Source: Catajapyx aquilonaris (lineage: Eukaryota). Taken from it: a DNA stretch of 28,342 bases. Below the pieces are notes generated by a model. That model made no database searches. It had not been told where the DNA came from and saw only the letters and a program-made list of their open reading frames with translations. This document shows positions 1 to 10,700 of this stretch, one piece after another. The position numbers were made by a program, and so were the translations under genes. The stretch covers positions 62,001 through 90,342 of the forward strand of contig JYFJ02001119.1 of NCBI GenBank assembly GCA_000934665.2, in the 5' to 3' direction. Position 1 is the first letter of the stretch. Each line of letters opens with the position of its first letter.

Positions 1-608
1 ATTTAGCACTTACGCACTTTACCGAGGAAGTGCACACTAGGCCAAGGCCAGGGAGTGATGACAATATGGTTAGATTAATATTCGAACCTGGACGTTGGAG
101 GAGTAATTCCTCTCTCTACGTGCAATTAATTACGAGGTCTTGTCACATGTCACTCAGACAGGGGGCCCCAAAAATGGTGCCAGGGTTAAATGACAAAGTC
201 GGCCGCGTCTTAATTTCCTCAAGAGGAGGATAGATCTGAAAACGTGTCTGGTACGCCCTTGAGGAGGGGGGGGAAAAAAAATGTGGTTGGTATTACTGGT
301 AATGGGCTCTTCCTGCCTGGTGATAATAACGACTGTTTGATGGCCTAAAATCATAGTGTTTTTCTGGAAACTACTGAGGTCAAAGTGTGTTGCATACTCA
401 CCCACTCCTGTGAAGTGCACAAGACGCCGAAACTGTTTAAGCATGCAATCCAGCGCAACATGGTGGCTTTCGAGCAATTTAATATGTTGTTGCGTTATGA
501 TCATGTCATGTTTCCTCAGTGGATTAAAAACAATATGGGCTGAAAGTGACCCAGTTCCCACAATTAGTTTATAAACAACTTCTAAAAGAAGAAACCAGCA
601 ACTCCACA

Positions 609-614
609 TTTATT
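609..614 (-). other. Probable PPWD1 polyadenylation signal (AATAAA)
   Basis: tttatt at 609-614 on + reads AATAAA on minus, ~115 nt after the PPWD1 stop codon. Confidence 0.5.
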
Positions 615-729
615 TATCCCTCACTTCACATGTGGCATCTGATTGTTGAAAATACTTTTGACTTCAGAAGATGAACACCACTATGTTTCCCTTGGAACCA
701 TCCAACGAACAGTCTGATTCACATTCACC

Positions 730-3700
730 TCACTTCACAGTTATGCTGAGAATCTGTATGTCATCATACGGCTTGTCTGTCTTTGGATTGGTTTTCACAT
801 TGCTGATGTTTTGTACCACTTCCATTCCTTTAACAACACGACCGAAAACAGTGTGCTTGTTATCCAACCATGGCTGAAATGAATAAAAAAACATGTACTA
901 TAAATAAATAAACAAGCTCGATGAATGAAAGTGAATCGCCATGTCATAGGGGCCGTGCAGACGAGCCAAGCTTAGCCGCGGCTGGCTGCCGCCGCGACGG
1001 TTCACACCTAGCGGCCCCCTAGCAACGCCACAGCCAGGCCACGGGCCAACTTCCTGGAAGTTGGCCAGGGCCGTGGCCAGCCGCGGCCAAGCTTGGCCCG
1101 TCTGCACGGCCCCATACTCTCCACCAGAACTTAGAATCATTAAGTTTGTAGTCCTGCAAGAATTACAAAAATTGTGTGTTGTTGTCTTGCAAGTAACTTT
1201 TATGTGAAATTACTCAAGTAGATCTGAACAAAATTCACAAAATTGAAAATTTAACTTACTGTAGGAATGACAGTGACAAAGAATTGGCTGCCATTTGTGT
1301 TGGGACCAGCGTTTGCCATGCTGAGGGTGTATGGCCGATCATGGCGAAGGTTAGGGTGAAATTCATCTTCAAATTCCCCTCCCCATATGCTCTCACCACC
1401 TGTTCCTGTACCTGTGGAGATAATTACATCAAGCTGAAACATTTTCACTCCATAACGACATAATCACAATGACATTATTCGTTCACATTTTAATGTGACA
1501 AGCACAACAATTACGCATGTAAAATATTGGCATGATTCTACCAAATACAGTCATTTTAAAAAAAACGACTAAATACATGGCTTCTGCCCAAACTGTAATC
1601 ATGCACATCCATACATGATGCCAAATGCAGTTACAAAATCCAGGTTGGTGAAATCTTCTTACCTGAGGGATCCCCAGTCTGAATCATGAAACCTTTGATG
1701 ATTCGGTGGAAGATGTGGCCATTGTAATATCCTGCCTTGCTATGCACGCAGAAGTTTTCCACACTCCTGGGACACTCCTTCAAGAAGAGCTTGACACCAA
1801 CATCACCCATCGTAGTGTGTATTGTTGCATTGTCATACAAACGCTGGGCACCTGTGAATATACAGAAGGTAATATGATTGCCTTTTCTTACGTAACAGAA
1901 TCTTATGAACATGGATGGGGTTGTTAAACAGAGTTACTTCATTCATGGGCTTTATGCAAATATTGTGCCATGAGGGACTTGAGAAAACAAGATTTACCCG
2001 ATGATTCGGTGGCAGATATGATGTCTTCTTTAGATGGTTTTTCATTGAAGACATCTCTTTCAGTATCCACACTTTTGGTGTCTTCTGGCTCTCTTCGAGT
2101 AAACAGATAAACCCGATTTTTCTTGTAAGCAGTGCAGAAGAGGGTGGGATCAACACTGACTGATTCCAGGGTGGGGTTCTCAGAGGCCTCCATCTCCACA
2201 GTAACAGCAGCTTTGGTCTTCTTGACCTTCCCCTGGAAGAGGGCAATCTGCAGGAGGCGCAGGTTCTCCGCCTTCCCCAGCATCCGCATGCATCGGTTTG
2301 TATGCAGGTTCACCAGCTTCACTCCCAACATGGTGGAGTAGAGGACAAAATTGCCTGATTCATCAAACACTATGTTTCCAAGGTTCAAGGCCTCTGACTT
2401 TTCCAAGTCTCGTTCACCTGCCATTCTAAACAAAAAAAAAAATAAATGCAAAAAAATTGGGAGATTAGTTTTGGGTGCAAAAATATATACCATACTATAG
2501 CAAAAGTGGGAGCAATTCATGCCCACTGCTTCCGGGGACCCCATAACAGAAAATAAAGATTACATGATCCATGTAACATGCAATGCCTGTATACCTTCGC
2601 CCAAACTCCATGTTTGGAAGGACCTGCTTCATCTGCTGCACTTCAGTTGAGTGTTGAAGCGATTCATCAAACACCCGGCTGAGTTTGCCTGTCTCGAAGT
2701 TGAAAATTCGCACCTGAAACAAAACTCCTTTCAGTTTACTCAAGAAGACGAACAGGTCATATTACTTTACCTTTCTGTCTGAGCTCAGAGCAGCAAATTT
2801 TTTTCCATCGTGTGAAAAACTGAGGCTAGTTGGATTGACTTTCTTCTTGGCAAACTCAAATAAGTCACTGTCCAGCTTTGAGTCAAACCTAATATTTTTG
2901 GGGAACCGGTAATCATATTTGGGGCCTGACCAGTATTCCAGCATTCTAGCCTTGTCCACAGAGACCATCACTTCATATACAGGATTGTACTGAAATATAA
3001 GAGAAACAATATAACATCAGGAAGTCACATATTTGGACAATTTTTTTTTTGTTTACTCCCACATAATAATGAGCAGGTGCCAATTGACTGCAATAGTTTC
3101 TTGTGGAATAATTAGGTGAAATTACAAGTAATTGTAATCAGATGAACACATGCAAAAGCTATGTCCAAGCCCTTTTATAAATCCATCCAGAGCATAGGCC
3201 GATTTTCTAGTCGATGTTAGAAGCCTACCTTCATCATAGTTACAGGCTTTGTATGCAACCTCTCCAAAGTGTCCATTGGTTGATTAGTGCCCTGTCCGTC
3301 ATAAACATGGATTTTGTTAGAGTCTGCTTCTGATCTGAAATTATTAAGATGTCGTTAGAAATTTGAGATGGCATGTAATATTTCACATGCGTCAGAATAC
3401 ATACACAGCTAGAGCTCTGATTGGGTCCCCAGGTGAATGTATCCATTCGCAACATTGTGGAACATAAGACACTTTCATCATGTTGATCATGTCTGGAATT
3501 ATTAAAAATTATTATCAATCTCTACAATGAAGATTCTCAATGTAATCAGTTTAGGTATTAAAACTGCTTGTTGACTGCAGTGAATTAGTAACTAACCGAA
3601 GTTAACAATGTCAAACACTTTCATGGATTTGTCATTTGAAATAGTGCAGAGGAGGGTCCCAGACGAGTTGACGCTAATATCCTGAATGTTTCCAAGGTGG

Positions 3701-5919
3701 CTGCGGAAATGCTTTACAAATTCAATTCCTTCCTCTTGCTTTTTCCAGAACTTCACGTGTCCATCGCAACTTGCTGTGATGATGAAATCAGTTCTGAAAA
3801 GAGTTTCAATGTATTAAACCAATGCAAACTCCACAAAATGAGATTGACACTCCTGCATTTCTATGCAATATGTTAACGGACAATAATTTAGTGGCAGGAA
3901 ATCTAATCATACACCAGATCCCATTAACTGCTAGAATGCAAATCATAATAATGCAACAAAAATTTCCAAACTTTTACATTCATTATGTTCTTCATAAACC
4001 CACCACAAAAATGAGAACTGCTTACTTTGTGACTGCAATATGTGTGATGACATCTCGATGCATGTAGCTCTTCTCATAGTACTCAGCCTGAGGGAGGTTG
4101 TCTAGGTAAACTTGCTCATACTGGAGTACTGGAAGAGATCGAAAAAGTAAGTTACATTAAAATCCTTCAAATCATATGCTCTGTCTATAGTGTGATAAGA
4201 AGGTAGTAACGACAAATTAAAAAGATGCAGACAAATCACAGACATGTTCTACAGCTCCACTCTCACTTATTCTCTACTTGCTAACTATTGCATGCATGAA
4301 TTAAAATCCGTAAGGTCCTGTCACACTGAGGTGTGGTGTGATATGGTGTGATACATTTTTTCACCACCTGGTATTCCTCACAAATCACCAGCCAGTCACA
4401 GTCATGAAAATGCCCAAGCTAATTGCTCATGTTTTGCTGTTTACTGGCTGATAATACCCAGATAAATTCGTCGGATTCATGCATAAGTCTGTAATCACAT
4501 TTCGTGAACTGATGGCATTAGCCGACCTTCCCTGAAGCATAAACATGAACTGGCAGCGGAGGATGGCTGACACCTTGCAGTGAATATTTACACGTATTTG
4601 CATTTGCCTTCTCTTTATTAAGAGTCATACCAGCCTACATTTTGCCTCCAGAAGTTCTGGAGTCCTCTGGGTACAATGCTTCATACATAAGTTGCGATAT
4701 TTCTATTTTCAGTTTGGCTTTCCTCTGGGGCGGTATAGTACGCATGGATGGGACAAATGATAACAGGAATTGCTCATCTGCATCCACACTTGCAGACACT
4801 GGTAGGGGTTGAGTCACCTTCTCTTTTAAAATAAGGAGCAACTGCTCTTGAAATGAGTCCATATGGGACTTGGTCCCATTCAGGGTCTGTTGGGAACTGG
4901 AAGGAGTGGTGAATGAGGTGTCAGACAAAGCTGATGATGGGACAGTCTCAATATTATGTAAATCCAACTGCCCTACTACATTCTCCACTTTATCTGGTTC
5001 ATCACTGCTGTCTTGAGAATAAACACTGTCATAGTCATCAAGTAGGTTTGAATGGCGACTCTGTGGCATCAGCTGACTTCCACCTTCCCTGAAAGTGTTA
5101 ATCGACACATGTTATCACCAACGAACAGGCTTTGAATGCAAAGTAATGATCCCAGTACATGCATATGCTTACTCCTTAATTTGCAGGCTAGGCAGCAAAA
5201 AATTAAGCATGTCGCTATAGACATATGCTGTCTTGTGCTTCTTGGCACCAGTTCCTGATTTGACGTCTTTATCCTTTTCTTTCTGATCTTTCTTGTAAGC
5301 GTCTCTGATGTTTTTCCATCTCCTCTTGCACTCACCAACTGTGCATAAAGAGAGCGTATTGTTTTAAACATGTAGTTAATTCACTTGACGTACGACATGC
5401 GGCACCCACCTGATTCGTTAAGGATTTTCGCCACCTCCTTCCACGATTTCTCCCTTTTATTCCTGTTGTCATACACCTGACCCCGAATGCCATACAGCAC
5501 TGGCCGCTTCTCCACTTCCAAAATCAACTTCTCCACATCCATTTTTCCTAAGAAAATTGAGGAGGAAGTGGGAATCCTGCCACTGCAGCCACTCCCCCTT
5601 CCATATTCCATGCTTTTTTTTAAATAAAAAAAACCGCACCACTATTTCACCACCTCAATGTGACAGAACCAAGGCTCTCAGGATATCAGCCCTGCTTTTC
5701 ATTTTCTGTCCTATTCTTTTGGAACTATCCCTTCTTATAATGAATACAGCGTCAATAAGAAATGTGTTTGTCCGGCACCTCCTTACCCTTCCGCTTCTTC
5801 GGCTTGGCGGCCTCCGATGGCAGCGGTCCAACCCATCCATCGTCCTCTTCTTCTGCGGAATTGGCCGCCTCAGAAGAACTCTCTGCAGTTCTTTTCGTCG
5901 TTCCAATGCTTTCCGCCAT
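730..5919 (-). CDS. PPWD1: Peptidylprolyl isomerase domain and WD repeat-containing protein 1 (spliceosome-associated cyclophilin), 11 coding exons, ~625 aa
   Basis: Exons (minus strand, all GT-AG, phases consistent): 5787-5919, 4026-4128, 3597-3793, 3405-3492, 3229-3334, 2771-2989, 2595-2713, 1998-2425, 1663-1851, 1260-1411, 730-873; 1878 nt total. Translation contains PPWD1 hallmarks: [86 protein letters not shown], and the cyclophilin domain [62 protein letters not shown]. Confidence 0.97.
949..1113. mobile_element. 165-bp GC-rich MITE, PIF/Harbinger-like, in PPWD1 intron 10
   Basis: 38-bp TIRs GGGGCCGTGCAGACGAGCCAAGCTTAGCCGCGGCTGGC (949-986) and 1076-1113 with 2 mismatches. Flanked by a 3-bp direct repeat ATA (946-948 and 1114-1116). 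Internal palindrome at 1044-1066. Sharply higher GC than the AT-rich intron around it. Confidence 0.85.
4455..4583 (+). pseudogene. Degenerate N-terminal fragment of a Harbinger transposase
   Basis: + strand reads [41 protein letters not shown], resembling the Harbinger transposase N-terminal pattern (P-x-K-F-x-x-Y/F-x-R-M-S-x-x-T-F-x-E-L ... R-L-A-V-T-L-R). It has in-frame stops, no DDE core, and lies inside the TIRs convergent to the MADF gene. Confidence 0.55.
4614..4619 (-). other. Candidate polyadenylation signal of the MADF-BESS gene (intronic polyA site within PPWD1)
   Basis: tttatt at 4614-4619 reads AATAAA on minus, 15 nt downstream of the MADF TAG stop. Confidence 0.5.
4635..5542 (-). 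CDS. MADF (Myb/SANT-like) and BESS domain DNA-binding protein, Harbinger-derived, 3 exons, ~250 aa, nested in PPWD1 intron 1
   Basis: Exons 5410-5542, 5173-5338, 4635-5088 with GT-AG introns of 71 and 84 nt give a 753-nt open frame. [87 protein letters not shown]-terminal BESS motif: [36 protein letters not shown]. Confidence 0.88.
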
Positions 5920-6170
5920 CTTTGCCGCTTCTTTGCAACAAAGTTTACACGTCCCAAGCGTCTCCCCCACCCAGCATACAACAACCAATCACAAGCAAGA
6001 AAATATTCATACAACCCAATCAGAACGTCGCACAAAAGATGCGCGCGCAATCATAGATAGTGTAAATGCAACTGAAGGGTGCGTTTACATATTACACTAT
6101 CCAATCCTGTGACGTATTCAACAAGTTTCTGAACGCGGGCGGGGTAATGATGGCGGCCTGTTTGAATTTT
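5920..6170 (-). promoter_or_regulatory. PPWD1 5' UTR/promoter region
   Basis: CpG-containing stretch directly upstream of the ATG. YY1-like AAGATGGCGG overlaps the start codon, GC-box GGGCGGGG at ~6137, TGACGT half-site at ~6110. Confidence 0.45.
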
Positions 6171-7717
6171 CAAAAGTACTCAACATTTTATTATGCAAAG
6201 TAATTGTTACGCGTGTTCAACTGATATAATGCAGTTTTATTGGACAAACTAGAGAGTTACATAATATTCACATACATAGCATTTTGAAAGGTCCAGTCTG
6301 AGAGGGGGAAAAAATAGGTCATTAGTTCTGAATATTGGCATACACTGGAATGAAATGGTAAAGTGAATAAAAAGTGGTCGTAAATCTTACTCGGCTGCAC
6401 TTAAACACAGCGGATAGCATCCCTGTTAAGTACGAGGGACTCTTTTTTTTAACTATACGACAACACATGAAACAAAGCTATATAAGCACCATGCAGCTGC
6501 TTTAAAGCATGTAATATCATTATAAAGAAAGTACAGTACATAACTGAGTGTCTTATAATGTAATGTGAATACAATATGTAATAAATAAACACGCACACAC
6601 CCATTCAAACTGCCTCGTCACCGTGGTATGGTACAGTACATTGCTTTTATTCGACTACGGAAAACATATATTCAGCGCAGCTTGTAAGGTCTAATTATGA
6701 CTTGCTTCAAGCATAACATATCTTGTAATTCAGGCTGGTGCACTGCTCAAGCCCACACTTCCTTAAAGGGTGGTGCGAGGTTAAGTCATAAATTGTTTAC
6801 TTCTTAATAAATTTTTGTTGCTTGTAACAATCAGGATTACATTCACTGTAAGCAATTATTCATAATTACTCCTCCCCTCATGTACTGTGGGGTTGGTGGG
6901 CAGTGCATCAATAGGCAAAAAAAAAGAGGATTGTGAATATGTTTCATAAAATTCCTTTCCCAAAAATGATATGGTTTGACTATAAAAAATTGTAGTCTTC
7001 CATATAGTTACAGTCAAACCTGCCTCGAATATATTCGTCCCCTTATGTCATGTACAAAATATTATTTTACTATTATAGTTGCAAGTTTGGTTAAGTATAA
7101 AGACTGACGGCACCGTTTTAAAATGTGTGCGTATTAATTCTGTAATTATGTGAGTTGTTGATATACTGCTCATACGCCACAAATTATTAAAAGAATTGAA
7201 GAAATTACTCGATACACAGAAATAATATCTCCCAAAAATTAATCAGAACTTTATCATATTTTTTGTCATTCCTATTTTTTTTAAAAAAAAAGGTCGTTAC
7301 TATACGAACAAAAATCAGTATTATTACACAAAACTGAACAGAAGATTAATCTTTAAATGAACCAAAAAAATTACTTGGGTTATATTATTAAAATGGGAAG
7401 ACTTGTCTAAAACATATTGCTTCTCTTGATGAAGGCACTAAAAATATGGTCTGTATATCCTGCCTAAAAGGGGCGGACAAACTGTCTCGCAATAAAGAGA
7501 CAGCAATTAGGAAGAAGGTGGCATTGGAGCCATCAGCAAACCTTGGGAAAGTGGTGTCAAACTTCCCAATTTAAGTACTCTCCGGCCATTTGGGGGGGAT
7601 GAACCCGAGTCGCCCCAAAAACAAACCGCTGTTTTAAATCCTCAGCTCAAATCCTCAAAAGGACAACTGCGGAGAAAAAATCTCGAAAAGAACGCCCAAA
7701 AAATACAATGAAGATCT

Positions 7718-10700
7718 TCACTTCTTTTTCTTGAGCTCCTTCACTTCCTTGTTCAAATAGTGCAGCACGTAGTGCAGGACAACGTCGTAGCAATACTTGT
7801 ACTCCGTCTGGTTGGAAGCAGAAACAAAATCATTTTGATCATTGTTATAGATGGACACGAGCGCAACCGAGTGCGCACCACAGTTCGCGCAGCGTACACG
7901 GTTGGAATTATCAAATGATATCTGGTTGCATGTATTGGTAAATTAGCGATGCACTTATTTCCAACGCTAGGCTTAAAGGGGAACAAAATGGCTGAAATTT
8001 GCGACGTTGCCAAGGCTTTGGAATAAACTCTGGCAACGTTGTTGTTATAACAAAGGAGCTGCGCGAGTGTGGGTGCGCACTCGGTTCATTTCTGGTGTGT
8101 TTTTTTACCAAAGACTTCTGCTATAATATACTGTCATCAGCTTTATTACAGCAGAACTCTTTGGCTTTTATTTACAAAGCTATGGTCATTGTTGCCTTCA
8201 ACAATGCTTACCATGTTTTCCACAAGATGAGGTCTGTTCCTTCTGACTGTTTTCACTGCCTGGAAGACGTCTACTTCGCCATGCTGTATCACTTGCTCTA
8301 TGCAGGCGTTGGAAGCGCAGTACACTCCACATCGTGACCGACCATCACTGTAATTATTGCAATAATTGTTGTATACTGTTGCTAAGTTCACTGTGCCAAT
8401 AAAATGCTTACGGAGAGACAACAAGGATAGTCCCGTGTCCGGTCCTTGTCCTCCATCGCTCCACCATGTTCATCAGCTCAACCAGAGAGTTGGTGGAGGT
8501 GGGCACCTTGAGACCAATGGGCCAGCAGGTCAACTGGAAGATCTGGCAGGTCTTGGAAGGAGCCTTCACTCCGGCCATCAGCTCAGTCAGAGAAATGATC
8601 TGGAGAAAAATGCACGAAAATTTGCAACAACAATCGTTTTCAAAGCCGCTAATTAAACGTGCACCAATTTTAAAAATAATAAAAAACAAACCTCGTTGCC
8701 CTGCTTCTCGTCTACTTGGATAGCAATAGTCTTCCTATGAGGTGCAATGTCCTACGCACACAACGACACACAGAGCAAAAACCATGCAGTTAGCACCAAA
8801 CTATAAAAATAAATGTGGCCAAACTGAAACACTCAACTACAACAAAATAATTAATAATTACGGAAATTATCGCGGAATTTGAGTTTGTACGTCATAAATA
8901 ATATTGTAATTGAACATTTGTTAGATTGACAATAAAAACACCACATATTCCTTTATTAGATATTGCTGATTTTTTTTTGCACAAGTTGAGTTCTTGGCAG
9001 CGTCTCATTTTCATTTGATTATGACGTCAATACTCAAGTTCCATCGCCGCGACAATACAACCAGCAACAACAAAAAAAACACTGCGAAAAACTGCATGCG
9101 AATTCCTGAAAATCCCTCCTTGCCTTTTTGTTGATGCGGAATATCCAGCTTTTAATGTTCGCGTACTTGTTGTGTGATATGGGATCTATTGTGAACACCT
9201 TTCCGTACACTTTGGATCGGCTGGATTCAGGCCATGGAGCCGGATACAACTGGAATAATTTAAGAAGAAAAAAAATGCAATCTCCATCAAGATATCGCTC
9301 AGCCAAAAAAAGAGCTGATCAAATATTTTTGCGAATATTTTTATGATCGGTCACGTACTGGGCTGTGAGGTGGATTTGCCAATACCACGACCGAATGGCA
9401 GTCGTGATCGTATATCAAGGACCAGAAATCCGAAGTGGTGTGGGGCAGAGGCCACTCGGTCACGATGTACTCTCGAGGCCTTAGGTATCCCTAAAAATAA
9501 AATGGAGAGAAAAAAAAGAAGCTTTAGGCTCGAGTTCGCATAACTATGTTTACACGTGTGTTCGGTGCATGTTCTTACGTCCACAAATACAGCGTTGATG
9601 TAATCCGTGCACAAGTTCCCTTGAAATGACGTCATGTACGGACGGTAGTTGTCAGCTGGAAGGATTTATATTGTCAACATGTGGCCCCACTTCATTGAAC
9701 CCGGATTCTCAAAGATTAATATCATGCTATTTTAGGAATATCGTCGCTCATATTTGAAGAGCAACAAATCGTCTAATTATTAAATAGTACTCGTATATAA
9801 CTAAAGTAACCATTGAAATGAGCAACATTCACTGTGAATATGATTTGTGAAGAAAATTAGCTCATACTGAACAGTAATCTTACAATCAGATTGATTTTTC
9901 AAAAGTAGGATGACACATTGACACTTACGTGGTACAATTAGGACGTCTCTGTTCTTTTCTCTGTTTCCAGGACGATGGCCACCAGCACAGTCTCCTATTG
10001 TAAACCTGGTGTTGCTCTTACTTATTTGCTGCAGCAAAAAATTCCCAATTAATATAGGCCATATCATTCTCATATGAAGTTGAACAAACACTAACCACAA
10101 ATTCTCTCTGATATTCGTTAATCTTGTTGTTTCCAGTCTTGGCAGACTTCTTCTTCAGCTTCTCTGATAGCTCGGCCACAGGAAACCACGACTGGCCGCA
10201 AGTGATGTATTCCTCCAGAGTGTCATACACAAACTTGTATTGGTCCTGCACATAAACGCAACGGTTAATAAAATATCAGAAAATTCGTGGTGCATATAAA
10301 CAGTACCTTGGATTCCACAAGTCCTTTCCTGGACTGCCGCATCTTCTTCATGTATCCATAGACGTCGAAGATGTCTTCTTCTTCGCCCAACTCCAGGTTG
10401 GCATCCACTGCTATGTACACACCGGACCGTCCTGCACCATCACTGTTGAGAAATAAATTATTCAAAATGTATGTCATACACATAATATTACACGTCTCTT
10501 ATTATATACCTGCAGTGCACTACTACTGGTCCGTCATGAATGTCCGGCTGGCTGTCCATCATTGTCCGAACCCGTCTCCTAAACTCCAGGAGAGAGCTGG
10601 AGTGAGGATTGCTGTGGCAGTACCACTCAGTATATTGAAACTGTATAATCTTCCTCTCTTCGTCTGGCTGCGGATCAGAAAAAGGCAAGCATCAGACACC

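Larger units (their letters stand above)
4314..5670. mobile_element. Internally deleted PIF/Harbinger DNA transposon in PPWD1 intron 1
   Basis: Left TIR GGTCCTGTCACACTGAGGTG (4314-4333, preceded by TAA); right end reads GGTTCTGTCACATTGAGGTG in reverse complement (5651-5670), 18/20 identical, with similar TGGTG subterminal repeats. Encloses a MADF-BESS gene and a convergent transposase remnant, the two-gene layout typical of Harbinger. The right flank is AAG, so the TSD is not preserved. Confidence 0.75.

Noticed and set aside
154..609. 151-aa minus-strand ORF
   Set aside because: No recognisable motif; it runs through homopolymer tracts and starts at the PPWD1 polyA signal.
5069..5371. 100-aa minus-strand [11 protein letters not shown]...
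   Set aside because: Wrong frame of MADF exon 2; the spliced frame gives [13 protein letters not shown].
5557..6112. Several overlapping ORFs (167, 131, 116 and 79 aa) around PPWD1 exon 1
   Set aside because: Antisense or off-frame shadows of a GC-richer first exon and promoter, with no recognisable domains.
6973..7020. GGTTTGACT...AGTCAAACC inverted repeat resembling Tc1/pogo TIRs (TACAGTCAAACC)
   Set aside because: Only 9 bp, oriented outward for a single element, and no partner ends were found.
9322..9336. 15-mer AATATTTTTGCGAAT shared with ~14599-14613
   Set aside because: Low-complexity AT-rich match with no extended homology.
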